This document shows positions 1 to 10,835 of a stretch of 64,000 bases of DNA, one piece after another. Position numbers and translations under genes: made by a program. The DNA is taken from positions 17,705 to 81,704 of the IMG/VR virus record IMGVR_UViG_3300042564_005549; one strand, given 5' to 3'. Source of the stretch: a virus. Each line of letters opens with the position of its first letter. The first letter of the stretch is position 1. The notes beneath the pieces are model-generated. The model was not told the origin of the DNA. It searched no databases and saw only the letters and a list, made by a program, of their open reading frames with translations.

Positions 1-1
1 A

Positions 2-3000
2 CCGAAAAACAAATCATTATCAAACAACAGGTACTACCCTAATTTAGCTCAAAATTTAATTAATTATATTGGAGAGGAATATAGAGTAAATCTTTATCCA
101 TTCAATTCAACAGAATATAGTAATTTCTTATCACCATCTGGTTACACAAAAAATCAGATACACCTAAAAGGTATGGTAAGATTAAACACAACTGAAGATT
201 TTATTTCATCACCAATCGAACCCGAAATGTGGGTGTGGTCGGATGAAGTTGAATATGTTGTTGACATATCAGGAAGTACAGGAAGAAATACGAGAAAAGG
301 TAGAAACTTATTTGACAATCATATTAGTTTCGATACCATCGATTATCAAGGTGCACCAACCACCGAATTAAGAATGATGATTAATACTCCGTATTTCCAT
401 AAACAATTATATAACGACTATCAAAATAGAAAATCTAAGGGAAGATTTGCAGGTTCTGCTTACTTACTTTTAAACCAATTAAATTTCAAAGATTTATCAC
501 ATCAATTAACTGATAAGGTAAATCAAATTTTACAGGCAGTATCTCACATTCCACAAGATGGTGTATTAATGTCTTCAATGTTTAGAGAACTTGGAGCATC
601 ACACTATGTTCCGTATCATTTAGTACTAAAATGGGGAGCATTGTATCATAGATACAAAAGACATATATTAGAAGGTGTTGATATTTTATCAGGTATCACA
701 GAACCTATTAACACAAAGTTATTTTATGACCTTAATTTAGATAGAACATATACTTTGCCATTTACAGGTAGACAAGGAACCACAAGTATTAATATCTATA
801 GAGGAGCAAATCCAAATAGTCAATATGGTTTCTTCCCGTATTATCATTCTATATTTCATCAAATAGCGAATGATTATACTTTTTATAATCCATTTGCAAC
901 CACAGGAAATACGATGTATACTGAAATGGTAGATAAAGGTGTTGTAAAACCAATTTTTAAAATTGGGGGTGACGGAGGATGGAGTTGGAGTGTTATGGTT
1001 GATAACTCTAAATTCGATTCAAAAGACCAAAGATATACGTTATTACCGGGTTCAGGACACATCTATTCAAATATGTCCACAACCGGATATAGTAGAAATG
1101 AACAAGACAATTTTAAAACTTATTGGTCAAACTATGACCAAATTTATATGGGTAATGAATCACCACTTTATAGTGGAGAAACATTTAATCCATCGACCCA
1201 ATATATGGTAAGTAAAAAGAATTGGTTACCAACTTTATCATCCAACAATAGAAAAATTATAGATTTGATTGCAACATTCAAACCTGAAATTTTAGATGAG
1301 TTTGAAGATATGTTCCTTGAATTTGCGTCAGATACATTAAATGAAGAAGTTCCACAATCAAAATACAACTTCAAGTACAATACATTTAAGAAAATGCTCA
1401 AGGAGATTGTATCAGTTCCGAAATATTCGACCGATACATTTGACACTGTCAGTACTATGAATGACTTTATGATGAATATCTATTGGAGACAAAAAGAAAA
1501 ATTATTCCAAATCTCTAATGACATTTTAAGTAATGACAACTTAGTTAAGATAACTTTATCAAATCCAAAGGAAATCAATGCTCACGTATTAGGTGGATTC
1601 GCACAGGCAAACGTTGAGAGATTCTCAACGGGTGAAGACTTCGATGCCGGACAAATCAATACTGAAACACAAAATTATATAAAACTATATCTCGGAGAAG
1701 ATATGGACAATTACTATGAGGATTTCTTCAGGTATAATAATGTTGAGTTAAGTGTTGATAACATTAAAAGATTTAGATTTTTAATTTACATATATGCTGG
1801 ATTTAGAAAGGCCGGTAACGGAATAAGTAAAGCTGACTTTGTGAATTATTTAAGAAACAATATCATATTAAAAGATTCGGACCCCGTATCAAAAGTTGGG
1901 GGACAAGCAAACAGACTAGGTTTATTTTTAAAAGTATTGATTAGTCGATTTAACACACTTAAAGCGGACAATGTTGAACAAAGATTAAAAATAGACAGAG
2001 GTTATAATGATGATATAATTAAATTAGAATTATACAACTTCTTCAAATCGTTTAACGATAAATGGGTTGCAGGTAACTCAATTGGACAAAGAAATTTATT
2101 AGAGGAATTTTTATTCTTGGATAAAGCTAATGTCGATATTGGTGACTCGGTTTATATTGATATTAAAAAATTAATTGAGATTGGCGACCAAAGAAACTCT
2201 AAGAAACAAAATTTATATGGAACCATCTCAAATTTAATATCGAGAACCGGTTTCGATATGAGAGCAATGCCAGCTTATATTAATTTCTACGGAACGAACT
2301 ATAACAACAAAGCAAAAATAACTCCGTCAAAAACGGTTGCAAAAAATATATTCGGAACTTTCTTGGAGGTTGATTATCAGGATTCATCACCTAAAATCAT
2401 TTTACAATATACAGGACCAACTTCAAAATATTTGGAGATGAGTGAAGTGAATAAAAAAATGATGTTTAAGGACGATAGTTTTAATATTCAACAACCAAAT
2501 AACAATCCGGTATTAGTTGCTCCCGAAGTATTCAACACAATCGATTTCTTTAAATCAAATAAAGCGGTTGCGTTTGAGGTTAGTTTTGGTGACCAAAACC
2601 AAGGAATATTCAAGGGGATTGAATTAAATCAGTCTTCAGTTAAAAATACATCCGAATCATTTGCGGTGTTAGAAAGATTAGGTGCTAGTGAAACAGGTTC
2701 AAGTACTGCACAGGTGGATATTGGGTTGTTTGACATTTATAGGTCACAGTCCTACACTTGTGATGTTACTATGATGGGTAATGTAATGATTCAACCTACA
2801 ATGTACTTCTATCTTAAAAACATACCATTATTTAGAGGAACATATTGGATTCAAGAGGTTACACACAGTATTAGAAATAACACCATTGAAACAACCTTCA
2901 AGGGTACAAGAATACCTATTACTTCACTCCCTGACCCTAAAGACTCGTTTATGGCAAGTTATAGAGCGTTGTTTGATAAAATGGTTGCTAAGGCGGTGGC

Positions 3001-3649
3001 CAAAGTTAAAGATGAAAATCAAAAACTTGCAAATAAAACTAATAACGAAAAAGTAGTACAGGATAATAAAGGTAACACTTACGTTTATGACCCGGGTACT
3101 AAAACGGTTAGTGGTGAAAAAATAATTGAGAACGCTTCATCTACTCCATATGGTATTTCATATAATGGATTTAAGAATGAGAAGTATGTTCAATTAGTAA
3201 AATACAATGATGAAGAGTGGTTAAGAGGTAATGTTGTGACTATGGGAGGTACTAATTACCCAATTGGTAATGATATTGACTTAGGATTTGTTAGTAGATA
3301 TGAATTTACATCGGGAAGTACGAAAACTAGTAGTAGAGTTAAATGGGTTGAGGTTAGTCCAAACTCAGATAAAGATATGTTCTATTCAACTAAATTCTTA
3401 TTTGATAGTGTACTCACACCTAATACAATTTTAGAGGGTTCACCTAAAACTGAATTCTTTAATCCTGACCCTAAGAAAAATAAGAAATATACACTCGGAT
3501 ATAGTTACAATTTCGATACAAGAAGATTCGTCGGACCTGTTAACACAGGACCTGCAGATATACCTTATGGTATAGGTATGTCTAAAGCATTAATGAAAGA
3601 ACTTGATTTATATGATGGAGATATTGTTTATTTCCGATTAATAAAATAG
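2..3649 (+). CDS. Large virion protein with baseplate hub (gp27/GpD-like) C-terminal region; 5'-truncated
   Basis: The frame is open from position 2 through the listed ATG at 173. The segment TCDVTMMGNVMIQPTMYFYLKNIP...YWIQEVTHSI...TTFKGTR resembles the hub/late-control-D C-terminal barrel. Confidence 0.6.
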   Translation, partial: PKNKSLSNNRYYPNLAQNLINYIGEEYRVNLYPFNSTEYSNFLSPSGYTKNQIHLKGMVRLNTTEDFISSPIEPEMWVWSDEVEYVVDISGSTGRNTRKGRNLFDNHISFDTIDYQGAPTTELRMMINTPYFHKQLYNDYQNRKSKGRFAGSAYLLLNQLNFKDLSHQLTDKVNQILQAVSHIPQDGVLMSSMFRELGASHYVPYHLVLKWGALYHRYKRHILEGVDILSGITEPINTKLFYDLNLDRTYTLPFTGRQGTTSINIYRGANPNSQYGFFPYYHSIFHQIANDYTFYNPFATTGNTMYTEMVDKGVVKPIFKIGGDGGWSWSVMVDNSKFDSKDQRYTLLPGSGHIYSNMSTTGYSRNEQDNFKTYWSNYDQIYMGNESPLYSGETFNPSTQYMVSKKNWLPTLSSNNRKIIDLIATFKPEILDEFEDMFLEFASDTLNEEVPQSKYNFKYNTFKKMLKEIVSVPKYSTDTFDTVSTMNDFMMNIYWRQKEKLFQISNDILSNDNLVKITLSNPKEINAHVLGGFAQANVERFSTGEDFDAGQINTETQNYIKLYLGEDMDNYYEDFFRYNNVELSVDNIKRFRFLIYIYAGFRKAGNGISKADFVNYLRNNIILKDSDPVSKVGGQANRLGLFLKVLISRFNTLKADNVEQRLKIDRGYNDDIIKLELYNFFKSFNDKWVAGNSIGQRNLLEEFLFLDKANVDIGDSVYIDIKKLIEIGDQRNSKKQNLYGTISNLISRTGFDMRAMPAYINFYGTNYNNKAKITPSKTVAKNIFGTFLEVDYQDSSPKIILQYTGPTSKYLEMSEVNKKMMFKDDSFNIQQPNNNPVLVAPEVFNTIDFFKSNKAVAFEVSFGDQNQGIFKGIELNQSSVKNTSESFAVLERLGASETGSSTAQVDIGLFDIYRSQSYTCDVTMMGNVMIQPTMYFYLKNIPLFRGTYWIQEVTHSIRNNTIETTFKGTRIPITSLPDPKDSFMASYRALFDKMVAKAVAKVKDENQKLANKTNNEKVVQDNKGNTYVYDPGTKTVSGEKIIENASSTPYGISYNGFKNEKYVQLVKYNDEEWLRGNVVTMGGTNYPIGNDIDLGFVSRYEFTSGSTKTSSRVKWVEVSPNSDKDMFYSTKFLFDSVLTPNTILEGSPKTEFFNPDPKKNKKYTLGYSYNFDTRRFVGPVNTGPADIPYGIGMSKALMKELDLYDGDIVYFRLIK

Positions 3650-3667
3650 AATTTAAAAAATTCTTGA

Positions 3668-3674
3668 TATTTAT
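3668..3674 (+). promoter_or_regulatory. Putative late promoter motif TATTTAT (representative copy)
   Basis: The same motif lies upstream of genes at 13406, 15744, 23050, 29838, 31057, 34184, 35405, 38253, 47048, 52252, 54654, 59550, 62121 and 62935. Confidence 0.65.
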
Positions 3675-3684
3675 ATAAAAAGAT

Positions 3685-3888
3685 ATGGAAAACTTAAAAA
3701 TAAAAAACTCAGTAGACCAATTCTTGAATCCAAAATCAGTTAAGGGAGTATCTCAAGACGGAATGGAAAGAGAAGAGTGTGATTTAGTAACAGGGGAATG
3801 TTACATCATCAGGTCAAAAGACGGTATCGTTGAAAGAATCAATAAAAAATACATTACCGAAGACGGTAGACAATTATTACAAGACTAA
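3685..3888 (+). CDS. Small hypothetical protein (CDLVTGEC motif)
   Basis: ATG 10 nt after a TATTTAT motif; closely followed by the next gene. Confidence 0.7.
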   Translation: MENLKIKNSVDQFLNPKSVKGVSQDGMEREECDLVTGECYIIRSKDGIVERINKKYITEDGRQLLQD

Positions 3889-3892
3889 TACT

Positions 3893-4588
3893 ATGTTAGA
3901 ACAAAAATTAATGGAAGAGTTAAATCGTCACAAAGCGATTAACAAATACACAAAGACAATGATTATGGAACAAGATATGGGTGCGGATACCGCAACACCA
4001 GCAGTTCCACCGGCAGACCCATTAGCAGCACCACCAGCACCTGAAGGAGCTCCACTTGATGCTGCGGCCGACCCTGCAGCTATGGGAGCTGACCCAGCGG
4101 CTATGGGTGGAGACCCTGCAGCAATGGGGGCAGCACCTGAAGCACCTGCAGCTGACGCGGGTAGTACTGAAGAAATTGATATTACTGATTTAGTTAATAT
4201 GACTAAAAACATTAAAAATCAATTAGACCAATCAAAAGATAGTAGTGGTGACGTTATTCAAAAAATGGACGGTGTGTTTAGTAAGTTAACCGACTTAGAA
4301 CAAAAATTAGCACAGATGGACTCTGTAATGGCTAAAATTGATGAGTTAGGTTCACGTATCGAACAAGTAAAACCAAAAACTCCTCAAGAGAAATTGGAAA
4401 TGCGTTCTTTAGATTCTTATCCATTCAACCAACATCCACAAGATTTCTTCTCACAAAAACAAGACGAAATGAGACAAACAGGTAAAAACGAATATGTTTT
4501 AACTAAGGATGATGTTGAAAATTACGGAAAAGAACAAATAATGAAATCATTTAACCCAGACCAAGACGATAATGAACCTCAGTACTAA
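3893..4588 (+). CDS. Hypothetical Pro/Ala-rich coiled-coil protein, probably head-associated
   Basis: Likely start is ATG 3893 (MLEQKLMEE), just after the upstream stop. Contains DPAAMG x3 and a coiled coil. Confidence 0.7.
   Translation: MLEQKLMEELNRHKAINKYTKTMIMEQDMGADTATPAVPPADPLAAPPAPEGAPLDAAADPAAMGADPAAMGGDPAAMGAAPEAPAADAGSTEEIDITDLVNMTKNIKNQLDQSKDSSGDVIQKMDGVFSKLTDLEQKLAQMDSVMAKIDELGSRIEQVKPKTPQEKLEMRSLDSYPFNQHPQDFFSQKQDEMRQTGKNEYVLTKDDVENYGKEQIMKSFNPDQDDNEPQY
4070..4132 (+). repeat. Three imperfect 21-nt coding repeats (DPAAMG[AG])
   Basis: gaccctgcagctatgggagct / gacccagcggctatgggtgga / gaccctgcagcaatgggggca. Confidence 0.8.
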
Positions 4589-4946
4589 CGTTCAATTTCT
4601 ATTAGAAGCTCAAATACAATTCAAAATATTACATTGGCAAACCAAAGGATATTCTAGACATATTGCATTTGGTGACATATATTCATCTATGGATGAGAAT
4701 ATCGATTCATTTGTTGAGGTGGCGATGGGAAAATATGGTAGATTTACATTAGGTGATAACGAAAAGACACTTAATTTACAAAATTTATCAGAATTAGATT
4801 TGACAACATTTTTAAAAACCTTGAAATCAAACATAATCGGATTATCGAACGGTTTATCTCAAGAGAAAGACACAGACTTATTAAACATCAAAGACGAGAT
4901 TTTAGCAGACGTAAACAAATTATCGTATCTCTTAACTTTAGAATAG
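4572..4946 (+). CDS. Ferritin/Dps-like protein (DUF5856-type)
   Basis: LHWQT..Y..H.AF..IY......D.F.E motif and C-terminal N..DEI....NK..YLL, typical of phage Dps-like four-helix bundles. Confidence 0.75.
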   Translation: MNLSTNVQFLLEAQIQFKILHWQTKGYSRHIAFGDIYSSMDENIDSFVEVAMGKYGRFTLGDNEKTLNLQNLSELDLTTFLKTLKSNIIGLSNGLSQEKDTDLLNIKDEILADVNKLSYLLTLE

Positions 4947-4968
4947 ATTTACTAAAAAAAATCTTTAG

Positions 4969-4996
4969 AGCCGGGTTTGACAATCCGGCTTTTTTT
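4969..4996 (+). terminator. Rho-independent terminator
   Basis: agccgggtt-tgac-aatccggct hairpin followed by a T-run. Confidence 0.75.
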
Positions 4997-5005
4997 GTTT
5001 ATATT
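4977..5005 (+). promoter_or_regulatory. Sigma70-type promoter TTGACA-N17-TATATT upstream of the replication block
   Basis: TTGACA 4977-4982, 17-nt spacer, TATATT 5000-5005; overlaps the terminator. Confidence 0.65.
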
Positions 5006-5046
5006 TTTACTATAGACAATTATTATTTATTTAAAACCCAATTATT

Positions 5047-5901
5047 ATGTCAGTATTAGATTCGGTACTTGCTCAATATGAGAAGTCCAAAAACGCCGCA
5101 AGCGGCAGTGCAAGCAAAGTATCCCAAGAGGATAGAATGAAAAAGTATTTCACAACAATCTTACCAAAAGGTGTGAGAAGTGTGGAAAAACGTATTCGTA
5201 TTTTACCACCATCTGATGGTGGAACCCCATTCGTACCCGTTAAATTTCACGAAATTCAAATTGACGGTAAATGGACTAAATTGTATGACCCGGCACAAGA
5301 GGGTAAACGTTCACCATTAAACGAGGTTTATGATAGTTTGATGATGACAGGAGTTGCAGAAGACAGAGAACTTGCAAGAAATTATCGTTCTCGTGGTTTC
5401 TACATCGTTAAAGTTATCGACCGTGATAACGAACAAGACGGACCAAAATTTTGGAGATTTAAACACAATACAAAATCAGACGGTGTTTTAGATAAAATCC
5501 ACCCAATTTTCAGAACTAAAGGTGATGTATCAGACGCAAAAACTGGTCGTGATTTGATTCTTACTTTATCCCTAACTAAAGCGGGTAATGGTAAAGAATA
5601 CACAACAATCAGTTCAGTAATACCTGATGATTCTGCACCACTTCACACAGATGAGGCAATTGCTCAACAATGGGTTAATGATGAATTAACTTGGGCAGAT
5701 GTTTATTCTAAAAAAGGAGAAGATTATCTTGAAATGGTAGCAAGAGGAGAAGTACCTCGTTGGGATAGTGAAGCTAAAAAATTCGTTTCAAATTCAACAG
5801 GAGAAGCAACATTTGGAGGAACTTCAACCCCATCTACACCATCCACACCTGTGGTTGACCCACAAGAAGATGATGACGCTGACGGAGACTTACCGTTCTA
5901 A
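5047..5901 (+). CDS. Single-stranded DNA-binding protein (T4 gp32-like)
   Basis: RIRILP...F....FH, VIDR....G..FW.F and D...GRDL motifs; acidic C-terminus ending DLPF. Confidence 0.8.
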   Translation: MSVLDSVLAQYEKSKNAASGSASKVSQEDRMKKYFTTILPKGVRSVEKRIRILPPSDGGTPFVPVKFHEIQIDGKWTKLYDPAQEGKRSPLNEVYDSLMMTGVAEDRELARNYRSRGFYIVKVIDRDNEQDGPKFWRFKHNTKSDGVLDKIHPIFRTKGDVSDAKTGRDLILTLSLTKAGNGKEYTTISSVIPDDSAPLHTDEAIAQQWVNDELTWADVYSKKGEDYLEMVARGEVPRWDSEAKKFVSNSTGEATFGGTSTPSTPSTPVVDPQEDDDADGDLPF

Positions 5902-5911
5902 TTAATTCATA

Positions 5912-5939
5912 GGGGTGGTGAAATATCCACCCCATTTTT
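5912..5939 (+). terminator. Rho-independent terminator
   Basis: ggggtgg/ccacccc stem followed by ttttt. Confidence 0.65.
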
Positions 5940-5951
5940 AAAAACAACACA

Positions 5952-6932
5952 ATGGCAGGTATTAAAAAAACAGATTTCTCGGCAATTAAGAAGAAATTCT
6001 CAAAAGAGGCGGAATATAAACCAGACCGTTTCTTTGATTTAGGAGATGCTTTCTTAGAAGCCACAGGTTTACCGGGTCCAGCAATGGGTCACATCAATAT
6101 GTTATTAGGACATAGTGATACGGGTAAAACAACCGCATTAGTTAAAACTGCGGTAGATGCACAAAAGAAAGGAATTATTCCTGTGTTCATCATTACAGAA
6201 CAAAAATGGAGTTGGGAACACGCGGAATTGATGGGATTTGACAAAGAGGGTGATTACCTTTTTAACAGTGATTTTGAATATATCGAACAAATTACAGATT
6301 ACATCAATGATTTGTTAGATGCACAACAAAAAGGAGACATTCCTCACGATTTATTATTCCTTTGGGATTCGGTAGGTTCAGTTCCTTGTAAAATGACTTT
6401 CGATGGTAAAGGTGGTAAACAACACAATGCGTCAGTTTTAGCTGATAAAATTGGTATGGGTATCAATCAACGTATCGCGGGTTCAAGAAGAACTGACAAA
6501 CCTTACACAAGTACATTGGTTATTGTTAACCAACCTTGGGTAGAATTACCTGACAATCCTTTTGGACAACCAAAAATCAAAGCTAAAGGTGGTGAAGCCA
6601 TTTGGTTAAACTCATCATTAGTATTCTTATTCGGTAACCAAAAAGGTGCGGGAACTACTAAAATCTCTATCACTAAAGATAAGAGAAAAATCAGAATCGC
6701 TACACGTACCAAAATCTCAATCAGTAAGAACCACATCAATGGTGGTGGATATGAGGATGGTCGTATCTTGGTAACTCCACAAGGATTTATGCACGGTAAA
6801 GACGATACTGAAGAAAAACGTTCTATCGAAGAGTACAAACGTGACAACGGAGAGTACATCGGTAAACAATTAGGTGTTAATGTTACAGACATCGCAGATA
6901 CACAAGTTGTAACAGAGGAAAGTGATATATAA
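5952..6932 (+). CDS. recA: RecA/UvsX-like recombinase
   Basis: Walker A GHSDTGKT, Walker B LFLWDS, VIVNQ and GGEA motifs. Confidence 0.85.
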   Translation: MAGIKKTDFSAIKKKFSKEAEYKPDRFFDLGDAFLEATGLPGPAMGHINMLLGHSDTGKTTALVKTAVDAQKKGIIPVFIITEQKWSWEHAELMGFDKEGDYLFNSDFEYIEQITDYINDLLDAQQKGDIPHDLLFLWDSVGSVPCKMTFDGKGGKQHNASVLADKIGMGINQRIAGSRRTDKPYTSTLVIVNQPWVELPDNPFGQPKIKAKGGEAIWLNSSLVFLFGNQKGAGTTKISITKDKRKIRIATRTKISISKNHINGGGYEDGRILVTPQGFMHGKDDTEEKRSIEEYKRDNGEYIGKQLGVNVTDIADTQVVTEESDI

Positions 6933-6945
6933 TAAATTAATTTAA

Positions 6946-7959
6946 ATGTCCGTTCTACTTGTTGATGGAGACAATTTACTTACGATTGGTTTTTATGGTC
7001 TCAAAAACCACTACTATAAGGGTAAACATATTGGAGGAATCTATCATTTTGTTAATACTCTTAGCAGAGCGTTTGAGATATATGGATTAGACAAAATCGT
7101 AGTATTTTGGGATGGGGAAAATTCTGCAATCTTAAGAAAACAGATTTACCACCAATACAAAGAGAATAGAAAAAGTAGATTAAGAACTGAGGAGGAACTT
7201 GACAATTACAATTACCAAAGAGTCAGAATTAAGCAATACCTTGAGGAACTATATGTTAGACAAGGTGAATACCCAAATTGTGAAACTGACGATTGTATTG
7301 CGTATTATGTTCAAAATTCTCCAAATGAGAAAAAGATTATATATTCTTCAGACAGAGATTTAGCACAGTTAGTTAACGAGAATACTCAACTATTCAATCC
7401 TTCACACGGCAAAATCTACAAACCAAAAGATACAATTGAATACGACCACGAAACTATCTTAATTGAAAATGTAAAATTGATTAAGATACTTTGTGGCGAC
7501 CCTTCAGACAATATTTCAGGGATAAAGAATATGGGAATTAAAAGACTCATATCTCTTTTCCCCGAAATAAAAAACACTCCGGTCACACTTTCAGAAATAA
7601 AAGAAAAAGGTAATATGTTATTTGAGCAAGACAAAAATAATTGGCTTGTTAGGAATCTATTGACCGGTGTGACCAAGTACGGTGTTTTCGGGGAGGAGTT
7701 TTTCGACATCAATGACAGAATAGTTAATTTGGATATCCCATTTTTGGATGATAATGCTAAAACTCAAGTTACACAATTAATAAATGAAAATTTAGATAAA
7801 GAAGGTCGTTCATATAAAAATGCTATGAAAATGATGACGGAAGATGGTATACACCTACTATTACCTAAATCGGACGACGCTTGGAATAAATTCTTAAACC
7901 CATTCTTGAGATTAACAAGAAAAGAAAAAAATAAACACATTTTTAAATTAAAAAAATAA
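6946..7959 (+). CDS. 5'-3' exonuclease / flap endonuclease (T4 RNase H-like)
   Basis: LLVDGDNL, YKENR, ETDD, SSDRDL.QL and GDPSDNI.G motifs. Confidence 0.9.
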   Translation: MSVLLVDGDNLLTIGFYGLKNHYYKGKHIGGIYHFVNTLSRAFEIYGLDKIVVFWDGENSAILRKQIYHQYKENRKSRLRTEEELDNYNYQRVRIKQYLEELYVRQGEYPNCETDDCIAYYVQNSPNEKKIIYSSDRDLAQLVNENTQLFNPSHGKIYKPKDTIEYDHETILIENVKLIKILCGDPSDNISGIKNMGIKRLISLFPEIKNTPVTLSEIKEKGNMLFEQDKNNWLVRNLLTGVTKYGVFGEEFFDINDRIVNLDIPFLDDNAKTQVTQLINENLDKEGRSYKNAMKMMTEDGIHLLLPKSDDAWNKFLNPFLRLTRKEKNKHIFKLKK

Positions 7960-7962
7960 ACA

Positions 7963-8406
7963 ATGAACAATCAAGACGTAACAAAATTTGAATTCCTTTT
8001 AACCCTTGAAGGTAATTTCATTATTCAAAGATTCTTTAACGTAAAGGGATATAATCCTCAAGCAAGAAGGTCAATAGATTTACACTACACAGTAAAAAAT
8101 ATTTGTGACGAAATTGCGGAAGATTTGAAAATAAAAAGTTCCGATTATATGAGCGAAAATCAAAATTATTTCTTGTCTAACGAGAATGTGGAAGATAACG
8201 AAGCTCAAAAAGAAGAGTACTTTTTATTGGAAGTTAAGCTCAATGACGATGTATTTATTTCAAGAATCTTTCCCGCACATTTCTACCACCCAAAGGCTAG
8301 ATACGCGGTAGACATCAGACCAAAAGTTAGGAAAATTTTGTCAGAGTTAACAGACGTTTTGTCAGCTTATGAACTCGAGACGACTTACTTAGGTTACGAA
8401 CTTTAA
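7963..8406 (+). CDS. Hypothetical protein in replication operon
   Basis: 147-aa ORF tightly packed between the exonuclease and helicase genes. Confidence 0.75.
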   Translation: MNNQDVTKFEFLLTLEGNFIIQRFFNVKGYNPQARRSIDLHYTVKNICDEIAEDLKIKSSDYMSENQNYFLSNENVEDNEAQKEEYFLLEVKLNDDVFISRIFPAHFYHPKARYAVDIRPKVRKILSELTDVLSAYELETTYLGYEL

Positions 8407-8438
8407 TAATATTTTTAATATATAAACAAACACATCAA

Positions 8439-9824
8439 ATGAGCGAAAAGAACTTTGGACAACTTGGTCAGAATTTTCAAAAATCCTTAATTAAGGTAAT
8501 AATAGAGAACAAAAAATTCGCTGTTACCATAGTTGATGTAATCGAAAGTAAGTATTTTGATGGTCCATATTTTAGATATATTATCGAAAATGTGAAAGAA
8601 TTGTATGGTAAGTACGGTGAAATGCCGTCGTATGAGACTTTGGCACAAAAAATTATGACTGAAAATGTTAAAGACACAACATCTTCAATTCATATGGATA
8701 CACTTAAAGGTATTCAAGAACACGACTTAACAAATGAGTCTTGGATTATGGATACCGCAATGAATTTTTGTAAACAACAAGTATTAAAGAAAGAACTTAA
8801 AACTGTTGAGAAAATTATTGAAAATGGTGATTTCGAGGAGTATAGAAAAATTGAACAAATAATTCAAAAAGCACTACAAGTAGGAGCAACGGCGGATGAC
8901 ATTAGAGACGTTTTTGAGAACGTTTCAGGAGCATTGGAGAAAGATTCAAGAGTACCGGTTCCATTAGGAATTGTGGGTATTGATAATCTTTTAAAAGGTG
9001 GTTTAGGAATTGGTGAGTTAGGGGTAGTACTTGCACCGACCGGTACAGGTAAAACTACATTACTTACTAAAATTGCAAATAGTGCACACGCATCAGGTAA
9101 GAACGTACTTCAAATCTTCTTTGAAGATAACGTAACGAACATCCTAAGAAAACACTACACTATTTGGACAGGGATTGCACCTGACGACCAATTAGAGAAT
9201 AAGGAAGAGGTTATTGCAAGAGTAAAAGAAATCGAGGAGAATTCAAAAGGTCAATTAAAACTATTGAAGATGCCAAGTGATTCTGTTACAATTTCAGAAA
9301 TCAAATCTAAAATTAGAAAATTACATTCAGAAGGATTTATTGTTGATGTATTATTAATTGACTATGTTGATTGTATTTCACCTGAAAGGTCTACCTTTGG
9401 TGAAGAATGGAAAGGAGAAGGGTCAATTATGAGAAGTTTAGAGGCGATGACATCTGAATTTAATATCGCCATATGGACGGCAACTCAAGGTAATCGTGAA
9501 TCGATTGCGTCTGAAGTTGTAACTACAGACCAAATGGGTGGTTCTATTAAGAAAGCACAAATTGGACACGTGGTTATGTCAGTAGGTAAAACTATGGAAC
9601 AAAAAGAACACAATTTAGCAACTATGACGTTGTTAAAGTCACGTATCGGTAGAGATGGTGTAATTTTCCAAAACTGCACATTCAATAATGAAATGTTAAT
9701 TATTGATACCGATAGTCAAAACACACTACTTGGATTCGAAGAACAGAAAACACAAGAGAGAGCTAACAGAGCCGCTGAAGTGTACAAGAAAACCCAAGAA
9801 AAAAAACAAATACTAATTAACTAA
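8439..9824 (+). CDS. dnaB: Replicative DNA helicase (DnaB/T4 gp41 family)
   Basis: Walker A APTGTGKT, LLIDYVD, WTATQ.NR and K.R.G motifs. Confidence 0.9.
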   Translation: MSEKNFGQLGQNFQKSLIKVIIENKKFAVTIVDVIESKYFDGPYFRYIIENVKELYGKYGEMPSYETLAQKIMTENVKDTTSSIHMDTLKGIQEHDLTNESWIMDTAMNFCKQQVLKKELKTVEKIIENGDFEEYRKIEQIIQKALQVGATADDIRDVFENVSGALEKDSRVPVPLGIVGIDNLLKGGLGIGELGVVLAPTGTGKTTLLTKIANSAHASGKNVLQIFFEDNVTNILRKHYTIWTGIAPDDQLENKEEVIARVKEIEENSKGQLKLLKMPSDSVTISEIKSKIRKLHSEGFIVDVLLIDYVDCISPERSTFGEEWKGEGSIMRSLEAMTSEFNIAIWTATQGNRESIASEVVTTDQMGGSIKKAQIGHVVMSVGKTMEQKEHNLATMTLLKSRIGRDGVIFQNCTFNNEMLIIDTDSQNTLLGFEEQKTQERANRAAEVYKKTQEKKQILIN

Positions 9825-9839
9825 AAAAAAACTAAAAAG

Positions 9840-10814
9840 ATGACTGAGAAGATTTTACAAGAAAATCCTGGACGCTTTGTCCTTTTTCCAATCGAACATC
9901 ACGATTTGTGGAAGTTATATAAACAACAAGAAGCTTGTTTTTGGACAGCAGAAGAGATTGATTTATCACAAGATATTTCCGATTGGGAAAATAAATTAAA
10001 TAACGATGAACAACACTTCGTTAAACACGTGTTAGCATTTTTTGCGGCGTCTGACGGTATTGTAAATGAAAATATTGCAATGAATTTTGTTAACTCAGTA
10101 CAATATACTGAGGCGAAATTCTTCTATGGTTTTCAGATTATGATGGAGAACATTCATAGTGAAACTTATTCATTGTTAATCGACACATACATCAAAGACA
10201 AAGAAGAACAAAGTAAATTATTCAACGCAATTGAGACAGTACCGGCAATCCAAAAGAAAGCAAAATGGGCGATGAATTATATTGACAATGGTACATTTGT
10301 TGAAAGACTAATTGCATTTGCAGCTGTTGAAGGTATATTCTTTTCAGGTTCATTCTGTTCACTTTTCTGGTTAAAGAAAAGAGGATTGATGCCAGGTCTT
10401 ACATTTTCAAATGAATTGATTTCTCGTGATGAAGGTATGCATTGTGATTATGCTTGTCATCTATATAACAATCATATTGAAAACAAATTGAGTGAAAAGA
10501 AGATTAAGGATATCATTTGTGGAGCATTAGAAATCGAAAAGGAATTTATCCTTGAAGCACTTCCTGTTCGTTTGATTGGTATGAATTCAGATTTGATGTC
10601 TCAATATCTTGAGTTTGTTACTGATAGACTTTTAGTTGCTTTAGGATGTTCTAAAGTATACAATACCACAAATCCTTTTGATTTTATGGAGAACATAGCA
10701 ATCCAAGGGAAAACTAACTTTTTTGAAAAGAGAGTTGCTGAATACCAAAAGGCAGGAGTACATAATAAATCAGATGAAGAACTTGATAGTGCATTCTCTG
10801 ATATGGATTTTTAA
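9840..10814 (+). CDS. nrdB: Ribonucleotide reductase class Ia beta subunit
   Basis: [30 protein letters not shown] and NFFEKRV motifs. Confidence 0.97.
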   Translation: MTEKILQENPGRFVLFPIEHHDLWKLYKQQEACFWTAEEIDLSQDISDWENKLNNDEQHFVKHVLAFFAASDGIVNENIAMNFVNSVQYTEAKFFYGFQIMMENIHSETYSLLIDTYIKDKEEQSKLFNAIETVPAIQKKAKWAMNYIDNGTFVERLIAFAAVEGIFFSGSFCSLFWLKKRGLMPGLTFSNELISRDEGMHCDYACHLYNNHIENKLSEKKIKDIICGALEIEKEFILEALPVRLIGMNSDLMSQYLEFVTDRLLVALGCSKVYNTTNPFDFMENIAIQGKTNFFEKRVAEYQKAGVHNKSDEELDSAFSDMDF

Positions 10815-10835
10815 TATTTAAAAGTTTTTATAAAG

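Noticed and set aside
3830-3892. Listed upstream starts for the ORFs at 3830, 38314, 47292 and 58477
   Set aside because: They overlap upstream genes or terminators. The downstream ATGs (3893, 38365, 47331, 58468) fit gene packing and signal peptides better.
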